Positions 9,435-19,809 of a stretch of DNA of 64,000 nucleotides are shown here, piece by piece. The DNA is from an uncultured Methylomirabilota bacterium (lineage in GTDB: Bacteria; Methylomirabilota; Methylomirabilia; Methylomirabilales; 2-02-FULL-66-22). The translations under genes and the position numbers were made by a program. The notes below the pieces were generated by a model. It made no database searches, was not told the origin of the DNA, and saw only the letters and a list, made by a program, of their open reading frames with translations. Each line of letters starts with the position of its first letter. The stretch's first letter is position 1. The DNA is taken from the NCBI GenBank assembly GCA_963705305.1, contig OY970067.1, positions 3,328,001-3,392,000 of the forward strand. The letters are read 5' to 3'.

Positions 9435-9588
9435 GCAGGATGGTGACCCCCCCGTCTTCGCCCAGCCTGCTCAAAAAGGTCCAGATGCAAGGCGGCGCGC
9501 AAAGGGCCGAGTGAGACGTACTTCCGGTACGCCGCAGCGAGTGCCCGAGCGCGCCAACGCAGCAGATGGGCCTTTTTGAGCAGGCTGC
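9435..9588. mobile_element. MITE/REP-like element flanked by TA
   Basis: 17-bp inverted repeat CAGCCTGCTCAAAAAGG (9463-9479) / 9571-9587; TA at 9433-9434 and 9589-9590; lies between convergent genes. Confidence 0.6.
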
Positions 9589-9953
9589 TAATCGGGCACG
9601 TTTCGCACGAAGGAGTTCGCCAGGGTGCGCCGCAGTTCGGCCGCCAGGGCCGCATCCGGGATCTCGCGGAGGATGACCCGGACGGCGAAGCCGCATTTAC
9701 GGCAGCGCTTGTACTGGAAGACCCAGCGGCCTTCCTCTTGCGGTTTGCCGATCTCCTCCATGTCCGAGAAGCAGCAGGGGCCGGACCGTAACGGAGAGAT
9801 AATGCGGTCCGGGTAGCGATTCTTGGGCGCCTTTTGGTCGGTATACTCGACGATGGTCGTCAAAGGCTGCTCCAACGTTTCGCGAGAGGCGACTCCGCGA
9901 CCAGTGTTTCTCTCCACCGTCTTTTTGGTGCGGCGATATCCGTTGTGATTCAT
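9588..9953 (-). CDS. Hypothetical CC/CxxC zinc-ribbon-like protein (paralog 1 of 3)
   Basis: GAGAGG RBS; IVEYTD...SGPCC...YKRCRKCGFAVR; clear paralogs at 37610 and 29978. Confidence 0.8.
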   Translation of the reverse strand: MNHNGYRRTKKTVERNTGRGVASRETLEQPLTTIVEYTDQKAPKNRYPDRIISPLRSGPCCFSDMEEIGKPQEEGRWVFQYKRCRKCGFAVRVILREIPDAALAAELRRTLANSFVRNVPD

Positions 9954-10036
9954 GGCTGTGCCTCTCTCAGATCTGCGGCCCGCGCTACGTGTCGGGCCTC
10001 TTGTGGAGGTGGTGTAGCGCATGCATCGCCCCGCAG

Positions 10037-10624
10037 TCAGGCAACGCGGTAGCGGGCCAGGTGGCCCTTCAACTCCCGAATCACATCGGCCATGAGATCC
10101 GGGTTCTTGTATAGCTTCCCCATCAGGAAGGCCCCCTCGATCCCCGCCAAGACGAAGGACGCCAGACGGGAAGGGTCACCGTCCTGGCGAAAAACTCCCC
10201 GGGATCGGGCATCTTCCAAGGTGCGCTCGATCTGGGCGCGTACTTGATCGAAGGCCTGACGAATCCGCTGCCGGAACTCCTCGTGGATGTCGCTCATTTC
10301 CACAGCCAAGTTTCCTAGCGGGCACCCGCCGGCCCCTCCGCTCTCGTGCGCCATCTCCACCAGACAGGTCAAAAAGGTCTCGAGTTGGACCCACGGGTCC
10401 GTTCCCGGTAGGAAGCTCCTCTCGATGAGGTCCTTCCGAATCCGCTCCAGACTCCGCTCCAGTGCGGCGAATCCCAATTCGTCCTTGCTCTTGAAGTAGT
10501 AGTAGAAGTTCCCCTTTCCAACGCCGGTCTCTCGGAGGATGTCCTCCACAGAGGTGTTCTTGAAGCCTCGGAGATGAATGAGTCGCGTGGCTGCGTCAAC
10601 AATTTGCTCACGAGTTCCGTTCAC
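10037..10624 (-). CDS. TetR/AcrR-family regulator (NemR/LmrA-like); start uncertain
   Basis: TREQIVDAA...GVGKGNFYYYFKSKDEL HTH; GCPLGNLAVEMS. Confidence 0.9.
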   Translation of the reverse strand: MNGTREQIVDAATRLIHLRGFKNTSVEDILRETGVGKGNFYYYFKSKDELGFAALERSLERIRKDLIERSFLPGTDPWVQLETFLTCLVEMAHESGGAGGCPLGNLAVEMSDIHEEFRQRIRQAFDQVRAQIERTLEDARSRGVFRQDGDPSRLASFVLAGIEGAFLMGKLYKNPDLMADVIRELKGHLARYRVA

Positions 10625-10639
10625 GTTTTGAGCATGTAC

Positions 10640-10691
10640 TAACCGGTCGGTTTTCACGTTACATAGATACAGGATAGATAAGGTCATGTCA
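10640..10691 (-). promoter_or_regulatory. Putative TetR operator and -35 element
   Basis: Palindrome AACCGgtCGGTT at 10641-10652; TTGACA on the minus strand at 10686-10691 in an AT-rich tract. Confidence 0.45.
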
Positions 10692-11277
10692 ATACGAATT
10701 TTAGATAATTAAATGTAAAAATTCATTAAGTTATTATTAATATTCACATTAATGATATTATCTTTCATGGGTATGAACGTTGTGAGACATCCTGCAATCT
10801 ACCAGAGGGGCGCTTGGCGGCGGGCACTGGAGGACCTGGATGGGGGAAGGCAATGTGCTTTGCAAATCCAGACGAGTCTAGTGCCGATGGATCGAAAGGC
10901 GTCCCCTCTGCCCAAGGCCGCCGGTTGGATCGGAGAGATCAAAAAAGGCACACGGCGCGCAGCCCCGGAGCCTTTGGGGGGCTGGAATGGGCCCTGCGCC
11001 CGTCTTGCTGGGCCCGGATAAGTGTGTTACCCTCCGCCGCATGGCCACGTTCCTGCGGGCGTCCTCCCGCCCTGGCCTCCGGTCACGGGCCGGGGTCCGG
11101 TGAGGATCGGGCCAGCGTGGTGAGCCTGCCCCCCATCGACGCCCCGCGGCGTCAGGCCGCGGCGGCGGAGGGCTCCGAATCTCCCCGACCGCCGGGCAAG
11201 GCGGCCGCGCGCCTGGGACCTCGACGGTACGGCGAGCGTGGACGCCGCCAGTCTTCCGATCCGAGGGACATCTCCAC

Positions 11278-14264
11278 ATGGCCCATAAGCCGACAGCCCT
11301 GCCCGAGAGGAATCCGGCCCTGGAGCCCATCCTGGCCGGCCTCACGGAGGATCAAGCCAGCGCCGTCACGCACGGCGAGGGGCCCCTGCTCGTCGTCGCC
11401 GGCGCCGGCACAGGGAAGACCACCGTCCTCACTCGTCGCATTGCCTATCTGGTGGCTGCCCGACTGGCCCGGCCCGCAGAGATCCTGGCGCTCACCTTCA
11501 CGGACAAGGCCGCGGAAGAGATGGAGGCGCGGGTGGACCTGCTGGTGCCCTACGGATTCGCGGATATGTCCATCAGCACGTTCCACGCCTTCGGCGACCG
11601 GGTCCTGCGGGAAGAGGGGCTCCTACTCGGATTGGCGACGGACTTCCGCGTGCTGACCCGGGCGGAGCAGGTCGTGTTCCTTCGGGAGCACCTCTTCGCG
11701 CTGCCGTTGAAGCTTCTCCGGCCCCTCGGGGACCCGACCAAGCACCTCCAGGCCCTGGTGACGCTCTTCAGTCGCGCCAAAGACGAGACGGTCGCCCCCG
11801 AGGGCTACGGTGCGTTCGCCGCGGCACTGGCCGAGCAGGCCGGGGCCGCCTCCGGCGATGCTGCGCTGCAAGAGGCGGCGGCCCTGCAGGCCGAGCTGGG
11901 AGCCTGTTACCGGGAATACCAGCGCCTGCTGGCCGAGCACGGGCTGGTGGACTTCGGCGACCAGGTCCTGCTGTGCCTGCGGCTCTTCCGGGAGCATCCC
12001 CTCATCCTGCAGCAGTTCCGCCAGCGGTTCCGCTACATCCTGGTGGACGAGTTCCAGGATACCAACCCCACCCAGTGGGAGCTGGTGCGGCGGCTGGCGG
12101 GCGAGGGCGGCAACCTCACGGTGGTGGGGGACGACGACCAGAGCATCTACCGGTTCCGCGGGGCCGCCGTCAGCAACATCCTGGGATTCAGCGCCGCTTA
12201 CCCGGAGGCGCGCCGGGTGGTCCTGCGGGAGAATTTCCGGTCCACGCAGCCCATCCTGGACGCCGCCTACCGGCTCATCCGCCACAACGATCCGGACCGG
12301 CTCGAGGTTCGCGAGGGGCTGGACAAGCGCCTGGTCGCCACGGAAGCGGGCGGGACCCCGCCCCGGCATCTGCACCACGACACCGTCTCCAGCGAGGCAG
12401 ACGCGGTGGCCCGGCTGATCCAGAAGCGCGCGGCGGAGGAGGTCTGGGCCTTCCGGGACGTGGCCATCCTGGTGCGGGGCAATCGCGACGCCGATCCGTT
12501 TCTCCGCGCGCTGAACCTCCTGGGAATTCCCTGGCGGTTCAGCGGCAACCAGGGGCTGTACGCGCGGCCCGAGGTCCGGCTGCTCCTGGCCTTCCTCCGG
12601 GTGGTGGCGGATCCGGAGGATACGGTGAGCCTCTACTTCCTGGCGGGCTCCGAGGTGTACGGGATGGATGGCTGGGCGCTGGCGGAGTGCGCCAGCGCCG
12701 CCAAGCGGGCCAACCGATCGCTCCGCTGGGTGCTGGAGCATCCGGAGGAGGCGGGGGTTGCGGAGGCAGACGCACGAACGCAGGCCGCGATCGAGCGGCT
12801 GCTGAAAGATCTCAAGGACTACGTCGCCCTGGCGCGCGACCGGTCGGCGGGGGAGGTCCTCTACCAGTTCTTGACGCGCAGCGGGCTGCTGAAGCGCCTT
12901 GCGGCGGCCGCCACGCCCGGGGCGGATGTTCGCGTCGGGAACATCGCCCGGCTCTTCGAGATCGTCCACCGCTTCGCGGAGATCGCCGACCGCGACCGGG
13001 TCGGCCGGCTGGTCCAGTACCTGGATCTCCTGATCGAGGGGGGGACGATCCGGCTGCCGTCGAGGCGGACGAGGACGCCGATGCGGTCCAGGTGCTCACG
13101 GTCCACAAGGCCAAGGGGCTCGAGTTTCCGGTGGTGTTCCTGGTGGGCTTGGTGGCGGACCGGTTTCCCTCCCGGGGGCGCCGCGAGCCCCTCCCCCTGC
13201 CGGAGCCCCTCCTCCACGACAGCCTTCCCGCCGGGGATTCTCATCTCCGGGAGGAGCGACGTCTGTTCTATGTCGGAATGACGCGGGCCAAGCGCGAGCT
13301 GTTCCTCACCTCCGCCCGCGATTACGGGGGCGTTCGCGTCAGGAAGGTGAGCCGCTTCGTCCTGGAGGCGCTGGACCTGCCGCCGGCCGAGCCCGCCCCG
13401 TACAAGGCGGCCGCCCTGGAGGCCATCCAGCGGCACGCGCCGCCGGTCCGGGAGGGATCCGAGGCCATGCGGGTCGTCCCCGACGATACGATCCTCTCCC
13501 TGAGCCACTACCAGGTGGACGATTACCTGACCTGCCCGTTGAAGTACAAGTATGTCCACGTGCTCCGCGTGCCCATCCGGGAACACCATTCGGTGATCTA
13601 CGGGAAGGCCCTCCACGAGGCCGTCTCCTTCTACCTCAAGCGCCGCCTGGCCCAGGCGGAGGCCGAGGCAGCCGGGCGGATCGTCGCGCCGACGACCGAG
13701 GCGGAAGTTCTGGCGGTCTTCGAAGAGACGTGGGAGCCCGCTGGATTCCTGTCGCGGGAACACGAGGATTTGCGCAAGGAGGAGGGCCGGGCTGCCCTCC
13801 GGCGGTTCCTGGCCGCGGAGGCCCGTGGAGGAGCGCTCCCCACGGCTGTGGAGCGCCCCTTTGCATTCCTCTTGGGCGCCACCAAAGTGGTGGGGCGGTG
13901 GGACCGCGTGGACGTCCGCGGGGAGGAGGTCACCATCATCGACTACAAATCGTCCGCCGTCCGCGACCAGAAGGAGGCCGACCGCAAGGCCGGGGACAGC
14001 CTGCAGCTGACGATCTACGCCCTGGCCTACCACGAGACGCACGGCGTGCTTCCGGATGCGGTGGAGCTCCACTTCCTGGAGTCCGGCCTGGTCGGACGGG
14101 CGCGCAAGACCGATGCGGACCTGTCGGAGACCAAGGAGACGATTGGCGAGGTCGCCCGGGCGATCCGCGGGCGGGATTTCCACGCGACCCCAGGCTATCT
14201 CCAATGCAGCTACTGCGCCTTTCGCGAGATCTGTCCCAGCACGGCCTATCGGGAGGCGGATTGA
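11278..14264 (+). CDS. UvrD/PcrA-type helicase fused to a PD-(D/E)xK nuclease (AdnB/AddA-like); frameshift at G7 run 13038-13044
   Basis: AGAGTGKT, LVDEFQD, GDDDQSIYRFRGA in one frame; TVHKAKGLEF, EERRLFYVGMTRA, GRWDRVD..IIDYKS, CPLKY...CSYCAFREIC in another. Confidence 0.9.
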
Positions 14265-14362
14265 GGGCGGGGCGGCAAAAAGCGTTGGCGCCGGCCACAG
14301 AGGCGGGGTATGTTTGAGGTGGTGCAGCCTGCTGGAGGTCGGGGTGAATGGAGGGATGAGCA

Positions 14363-14962
14363 ATGGGAAAGATCACCCTGGAGACCAGCGCGCTCCTGGT
14401 TCCCGCGCCACTGATCCTCCTCACGACGGTCGGCCAGAGGGGGCCGGCGAATATCATGGCGCTGGCCTGGACCGGCGTCGCCTGTGCGACCCCTCCCCTG
14501 GTCAGTGCGGCCGTCCGGCCCGAGCGGCTGTCCTACAGCTTGATCCGCGAAACTGGAGAATTCGTGCTGAACATCCCGCCGGCCTCGCTCTTGCGGGCCG
14601 CGGACTTCTGCGGCGTGGTCTCTGGGCAGGACGCGGACAAGTTCGCCGCGACGGGCCTGACCCCCCTGCCCGCCGTGAAAGTGCGTCCTCCCCTGATCCG
14701 GGAATGCCCCGTCAACCTGGAGTGTGTGGTGCGGCAATCTCTGGTCCTCGGATCGCACGTGCTCTTCCTGGCGGAGGTCGTGGCCCTGCACGCCGACGAG
14801 GACGTGGTGGAAGACGGAATGGTTGTCATTGGGCGGGTGGCGCCCCTGGCCTACGACCCCTTCGGGGCCGATTACTGGAGCCTGAAAGAGGTCGTGGCGC
14901 ATTACGGCTTCAGCGACGGCACCATGCCCGACCGGCCCCAGACGACGCCCCCGAAATCTTGA
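14363..14962 (+). CDS. Flavin reductase-like (flavoredoxin) protein
   Basis: ANIMALAW, GEFVLNIP, CGVVSGQDADKF, ECPVNLEC, GSHVLF. Confidence 0.9.
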   Translation: MGKITLETSALLVPAPLILLTTVGQRGPANIMALAWTGVACATPPLVSAAVRPERLSYSLIRETGEFVLNIPPASLLRAADFCGVVSGQDADKFAATGLTPLPAVKVRPPLIRECPVNLECVVRQSLVLGSHVLFLAEVVALHADEDVVEDGMVVIGRVAPLAYDPFGADYWSLKEVVAHYGFSDGTMPDRPQTTPPKS

Positions 14963-14972
14963 GGAGGAAGCC

Positions 14973-15494
14973 ATGCCGGACGAGTTGCCGCCCGATCGGC
15001 TGAACGAGATCGGAGTCCTCAAGCGGCGGGAGATCGAGGCGCGCATCGTGGCGCCGCTGCTCGACGCCTTTGCCGCGGAGTTCGGACGGGATCGGGTGCT
15101 GGCCATCGCCAGGCGGGTCATCGTGACAATCGCCCGCCAGCAGGGCCGCGCGCTGGCCGAGCAGTGCGGGGGCAACCGCCTGGCGGACTTTATCCGGAGC
15201 AAGGATGCATGGGTCAAGGGGGACGCGCTCCAGTGCGAGGTGCTGGAGGAGACGGACACCACCTACCACTTCAACGTGACCCGCTGCCGCTATGCGGAGA
15301 TGTACCGGACCCTGGGGATTCCGGAGTTGGGGAGCATCCTCTCTTGCGGACGGGATTACGCCCTGGGCGAGGGGTTCAATCCGGCCCTCAGGCTCGCCCG
15401 CACGCAGACCATCATGGACGGGGCCTCCCACTGCGACTTTCGCTACCGGATGGATAAGGATGCGCCGCCGGAGCGGGAGCGCTCGACCGACTGA
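14973..15494 (+). CDS. L-2-amino-thiazoline-4-carboxylate hydrolase-family protein
   Basis: FNVTRCRYAEMY...LSCGRD...RTQTIMDGASHCDFRY. Confidence 0.85.
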   Translation: MPDELPPDRLNEIGVLKRREIEARIVAPLLDAFAAEFGRDRVLAIARRVIVTIARQQGRALAEQCGGNRLADFIRSKDAWVKGDALQCEVLEETDTTYHFNVTRCRYAEMYRTLGIPELGSILSCGRDYALGEGFNPALRLARTQTIMDGASHCDFRYRMDKDAPPERERSTD

Positions 15495-15551
15495 GGCGCG
15501 GCGAAGGCCGGCGCGCGGACCGGCATCCCATCGAACGGAGATCGGCCGACC

Positions 15552-15965
15552 ATGCGGTTTCACACGCAGTACCTGACCTTCAAGACGGCACGCCACCGGG
15601 AGTACATCAATATCACCCGAGAGGTCGAGTCGGCCGTGAGACAGAGCGGGATCCAGGACGGGATGGTCCTGGTGTCGGCGATGCACATCACGGCCGCCGT
15701 CTATGTCAACGACGCCGAGGACGGTCTCATCCAAGACATCGACGAATGGCTGGAGCGACTGGCACCCACCGGACCGGATTACCGCCATCACCGCACGGGA
15801 GAGAACAACGGCGACTCGCACCTGAAGAGCCTGCTGATGCACCACGAGGTGATCCTGCCCGTCACCCTGGGGCGATTGGACGTGGGGCCGTGGCAGCAGG
15901 TCTACTATGCGGAGTTCGACGGCCGGCGATCCAAGCGGGTCGTCATCAAGGTGATGGGGGAGTAG
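15552..15965 (+). CDS. yjbQ: YjbQ/UPF0047 family protein
   Basis: [30 protein letters not shown]. Confidence 0.9.
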   Translation: MRFHTQYLTFKTARHREYINITREVESAVRQSGIQDGMVLVSAMHITAAVYVNDAEDGLIQDIDEWLERLAPTGPDYRHHRTGENNGDSHLKSLLMHHEVILPVTLGRLDVGPWQQVYYAEFDGRRSKRVVIKVMGE

Positions 15966-15971
15966 GCGTCA

Positions 15972-17491
15972 CCCTAATCTCCGGCTAAGCGGTGGCCAGC
16001 CGGGCGATCTTGCGCCGCGCCCGGACGAGCAAGGCGTGCTGCAGGGCGCCCGAGAGCCGCAAGAGCGTCCGTCGGGCATGCGCGACGACCTTCCCGACGG
16101 TGTTGAACAGCAGGAACCGGAGACGCTTCGGCCGGGCGGTCCGGAGATCTCCGGGTAAGGTCAACCGCTTGAGCGCGGTGAGCAGGTTGTAGGTGAGCAC
16201 GTTCAGCCGGAACCAGGCGGCGTTCGCCCCGAACTTCCCACTGGGCAGCGCGGCGGCCGCCAGCTCGGTCTTGAGGACGTGATGGGTGTGCTCGATGGTC
16301 CCTGCTTTCTCCCGGTGCCACCGGAGGATCGTGAGCCCATCCTCCGGCCGATTGGTGACCACGGCGAAGTACTGCACGCTACTCCCGTCGGCGAAGAGGC
16401 TCCCCTGGCGTCGCTGGATACGCACCGCGAGGTAGCGGCGAACGCACGGCCGCGCCTTCCGGTGATCGCCATCCTCGGGGACGTAGGGGACTTCGGCCCA
16501 GGCCCGGATCGCCTCGGGCTCCTCCCGCTCGAGCTGCCAGGCGGCCGCGGGGAGGCGCCGGATCTCGGCCTGGAGCTGCGCGGACATATCGGCGCTAATC
16601 GCGTAGGCGATTTTCTTCTCCTCGCACCAGCGGAGGACCTCCGTCTCGTAGAGGGCGCTGTCGGCCCGCAGGGAGATGCGGTCCACGCCCTGGGGCAAGT
16701 TGGCCACCGCCTGTTCGAGGACGCGCACGTTGCCGCACCCGGCGGGCACCTGGCCATCGCGGAACTGGTCGTGCACGATGACATCGTGCTCGGCCCAGAG
16801 GACCACGACGGGCTGGTAGCCCCGGGTCCCGTCGTAGGCCACGGTCGCCGCGTCCTTGTGGCTCTCGACGAGCGTCGCGTCCACATCCAGGGTGGCCGTC
16901 GCCGCCCGGGCCCCGCGCTGGACGCCCGCGACCAGCGTCCGGTTCGCCTGTCCGAGGCCCGCCAAGGGGGCGGACTCCAGGGGGACCGTGGCCGCGGGCC
17001 CGGCCACCCAGAGCGGCCCGTCCTCCACGTGGAAGGCCTCGAGGAAGTCCCGGACCGTGGTCGCGGCCGGCAGGGGGTAGCCGAGCAGCGTGGCCAGGGC
17101 CTGATCCTCCCGGAGCGTCGTGAGGTCCTGGCAGCGGTCCCCGCCGCTCGTCCACAACGCGACGAGACTCTCCACGAGCTGCGAGGGGGGTAATCCGCGC
17201 TGCCGCTGCTTGACCGCAACGTGGGTGTCGACGGCCTGGGCCACCCCGAGCTGGCGGAACAGCTCGATCACGAGCGGGACCCCGGCCCGGCCCGTGACCA
17301 GCGTGGGGTCGATCGCGTCATCGATCTCGAACGGCAACCGGGGCGAGGTGTCGGGCATCGCTCTCCTCCTTGTGGTGTTTGCACCCACTGGGTGAAACCA
17401 AGCAAGGCCGATGCCAACCCCGCGGGCCGCGCGCACTGCGGGCCGCTGCGTGATTCGCGATCCCCCTCAACTTCTTAGCCGGAGATTAGGG
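15972..17491 (-). mobile_element. IS1380-family insertion sequence, intact
   Basis: Perfect 18-bp TIRs CCCTAATCTCCGGCTAAG (15972-15989 / 17474-17491); direct repeat CGTCA on both sides. Confidence 0.92.
15985..17358 (-). CDS. IS1380-family DDE transposase
   Basis: TLDVDAT, LRADSA, IEHTHHVLK, LPSGKFGANAAW; AGGAGG RBS; stop lies within the TIR. Confidence 0.92.
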   Translation of the reverse strand: MPDTSPRLPFEIDDAIDPTLVTGRAGVPLVIELFRQLGVAQAVDTHVAVKQRQRGLPPSQLVESLVALWTSGGDRCQDLTTLREDQALATLLGYPLPAATTVRDFLEAFHVEDGPLWVAGPAATVPLESAPLAGLGQANRTLVAGVQRGARAATATLDVDATLVESHKDAATVAYDGTRGYQPVVVLWAEHDVIVHDQFRDGQVPAGCGNVRVLEQAVANLPQGVDRISLRADSALYETEVLRWCEEKKIAYAISADMSAQLQAEIRRLPAAAWQLEREEPEAIRAWAEVPYVPEDGDHRKARPCVRRYLAVRIQRRQGSLFADGSSVQYFAVVTNRPEDGLTILRWHREKAGTIEHTHHVLKTELAAAALPSGKFGANAAWFRLNVLTYNLLTALKRLTLPGDLRTARPKRLRFLLFNTVGKVVAHARRTLLRLSGALQHALLVRARRKIARLATA

Positions 17492-17505
17492 CGTCACCTC
17501 GGGCC

Positions 17506-17551
17506 TTGACATGTTCCTGCTTCGTCGGTTATATTTTCGTCGATCCTAAAT
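17506..17551 (+). promoter_or_regulatory. Sigma-70 promoter with overlapping putative DtxR/MntR operator
   Basis: TTGACA-18-TATATT followed by imperfect palindrome TTTTCGTCGATCCTAAAT. Confidence 0.55.
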
Positions 17552-17744
17552 TTATCTTTAACCGAGAAAACTTTTGAACCGCCATGACACCAAGGTTCCA
17601 CAACCAATAGGGTTCGGAGGCTTTGAGTCTCGGCTCTAGGCCGCCCCTTCAGGGGACGTGAGGCGGCTCCAGTCCTCGGGCGTTCCGCCCATTCCGGCCA
17701 GGGCATGCTTGGCGGTGAGATATTTTCGGAATGGGGTAGTGGCC

Positions 17745-18437
17745 ATGCTCAGCGAATCGATGCAGAACTACCTCAAAGCGATCTACAGACTCCAGGAGGG
17801 GGATGGCACGGTCGCGACCACGGACCTGGCGGACGCCATGGGGGTAACCGCCGCGTCGGCCACCGGGATGATCAAGAAGCTGGCGGCGCTCAAGCTGGTC
17901 CGACATCACCCCTACCAGGGAGTGGTTCTCAGCCAGGCGGGGCGCCAGGTGGCCCTGGAGGTGGTCCGCCACCACCGGCTCGTGGAGCTGTATCTGGCCC
18001 AGGCGCTGGGGTACGGCTGGGATCAGGTGCACGAAGAGGCCGAGCGCCTGGAGCACGCCATCTCGGAAGAGTTCGAGGAGCGGATCTTCGAGGCGCTCGG
18101 GCGGCCGACGCGGGATCCGCACGGCGAGCCGATCCCGGCCAAGGACGGAACGATCGCCGCCAGCGAGAGCTGTCGCCTGTCGGATCTGGAGCCCGGATCG
18201 AAGGGGATCATACGGGAGGTGAACGACGGCAGCGCCGAGATGCTGCGCTATCTCGGGGAGCGGAAGCTGGTCCCGGATGCCCCCGTCGAGGTGACGGAGA
18301 AGGCTCCCTTCAACGGTCCGCTGACGGTGCGAGTGGGAACCCTCTCTCATGTGATCGGCCGGGGCCTGGCCTCCCATATCCGTGTGGAGCCTCAACCGGG
18401 GGCCGCGGGCGCCCCCTCGGAGAATCCTCCCGGCTAA
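17745..18437 (+). CDS. mntR: DtxR/MntR-family metal-dependent repressor with FeoA domain
   Basis: QNYLKAIY, RHHRLVELYL, EAERLEHAIS, DPHGEPIP. Confidence 0.92.
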   Translation: MLSESMQNYLKAIYRLQEGDGTVATTDLADAMGVTAASATGMIKKLAALKLVRHHPYQGVVLSQAGRQVALEVVRHHRLVELYLAQALGYGWDQVHEEAERLEHAISEEFEERIFEALGRPTRDPHGEPIPAKDGTIAASESCRLSDLEPGSKGIIREVNDGSAEMLRYLGERKLVPDAPVEVTEKAPFNGPLTVRVGTLSHVIGRGLASHIRVEPQPGAAGAPSENPPG

Positions 18438-18464
18438 CCGTCTCTCTTTTCCCGCGAGGTTCGC

Positions 18465-19805
18465 ATGGACGCCGATACCACTTCCAGCCCGCCAGTCCAG
18501 CCCCAGGGCGGGCCTGCCGCTCCAAGGGCCGGCGACGTCCGGACGGTCGAGGCCGCGGAAGATGTACTGGCGGGGGACAGTCAGAAGAACTGGTACCGCC
18601 GCCTCCTCCCCTTCCTCGGCCCGGCCTTCATCGCCAGCGTGGCGTACGTCGATCCGGGCAACTACGCGACGAACATCCAGGGCGGGGCGCAGTTCGGCTA
18701 CATGCTGCTCTGGGTCATCACGGCCAGCAACGCGATGGCCATGCTCATCCAGATGCTCTCCGCCAAGCTGGGCATCGCCACGGGGAGGAACCTGGCCGAG
18801 TTGTGCCGCGAGCAGTACCCGCTCTGGCTCAGCTGGAGCATGTGGGTGCTCATGGAAGGGGTCGCCATCGCCACGGACCTGGCGGAGTTCCTGGGGGCGG
18901 CGGTGGGCTTTAACCTGCTCTTCGGGCTTCCCCTGCTGGCGGCCGGCCTCCTCACGGGGGTCACGACCTTCATCATCCTGGCCCTGGAGCGGCACGGCTT
19001 CCGTCCCCTGGAGGCGGTGATCAGCGCCATGGTGGGGGTCATCGCCGTCTGCTACCTGGTCGAGACCATTCTGGATCGCCCCGACTGGGGGCTGCTGGCC
19101 TACAGCGCGGTGGTGCCGACCTTCCGCGGCTCGGAGAGCGTGCTGCTGGCCACGGGCATCCTGGGCGCCACCGTGATGCCCCACGTCATCTTCCTGCACT
19201 CGGCCCTGACCCAGGGGCGCATCGTGACCCGCAAGCCGGCCGAGCTGCGCCGGCTGTTCCGGTTCGAGTGCGTGGATGTCACCATCGCCATGGGCGTCGC
19301 CGGCCTGGTGAACATGGCCATGCTCATCATGGCGGCGGCGACCTTCCACCGCCAGGGCCTCACCTCCGTGGGGACGATCGAGGAGGCCTACAAGACCCTC
19401 ACTCCCCTGCTGGGCTCGGCCGCCAGCTGGGTCTTTGCCATCTCGCTGCTGGCCTCGGGCCTGTCTTCCTCGACGGTGGGCACCATGTCCGGCCAGGTGG
19501 TCATGCAGGGCTTCATCCACCGGCAGATCCCCGTCTGGTTCCGGCGTCTGTTCACCATGGTCCCGGCGCTCGTTGTCATCGCCGCGGGGCTGGATCCCAC
19601 CCGAACGCTGGTCCTCAGCCAGGTCGTGCTGAGCTTCGGTCTCCCCTTCGCCCTGGTTCCCCTGGTCCTCTTCACCGCCCGCCCGGATCTGATGGGCGTG
19701 CTGGTCAATCGGCGGCCGACCACGGTTCTGACCTGGCTGATCACGCTGCTCATTGTTGCGTTGAATATCTTCCTGCTGTATCAGCTTCTGTGGATCGGAG
19801 GATGA
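18465..19805 (+). CDS. mntH: Nramp Mn2+/Fe2+ transporter
   Basis: AYVDPGN and GATVMPHVIFLHS signatures. Confidence 0.95.
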   Translation: MDADTTSSPPVQPQGGPAAPRAGDVRTVEAAEDVLAGDSQKNWYRRLLPFLGPAFIASVAYVDPGNYATNIQGGAQFGYMLLWVITASNAMAMLIQMLSAKLGIATGRNLAELCREQYPLWLSWSMWVLMEGVAIATDLAEFLGAAVGFNLLFGLPLLAAGLLTGVTTFIILALERHGFRPLEAVISAMVGVIAVCYLVETILDRPDWGLLAYSAVVPTFRGSESVLLATGILGATVMPHVIFLHSALTQGRIVTRKPAELRRLFRFECVDVTIAMGVAGLVNMAMLIMAAATFHRQGLTSVGTIEEAYKTLTPLLGSAASWVFAISLLASGLSSSTVGTMSGQVVMQGFIHRQIPVWFRRLFTMVPALVVIAAGLDPTRTLVLSQVVLSFGLPFALVPLVLFTARPDLMGVLVNRRPTTVLTWLITLLIVALNIFLLYQLLWIGG

Positions 19806-19809
19806 CCCC

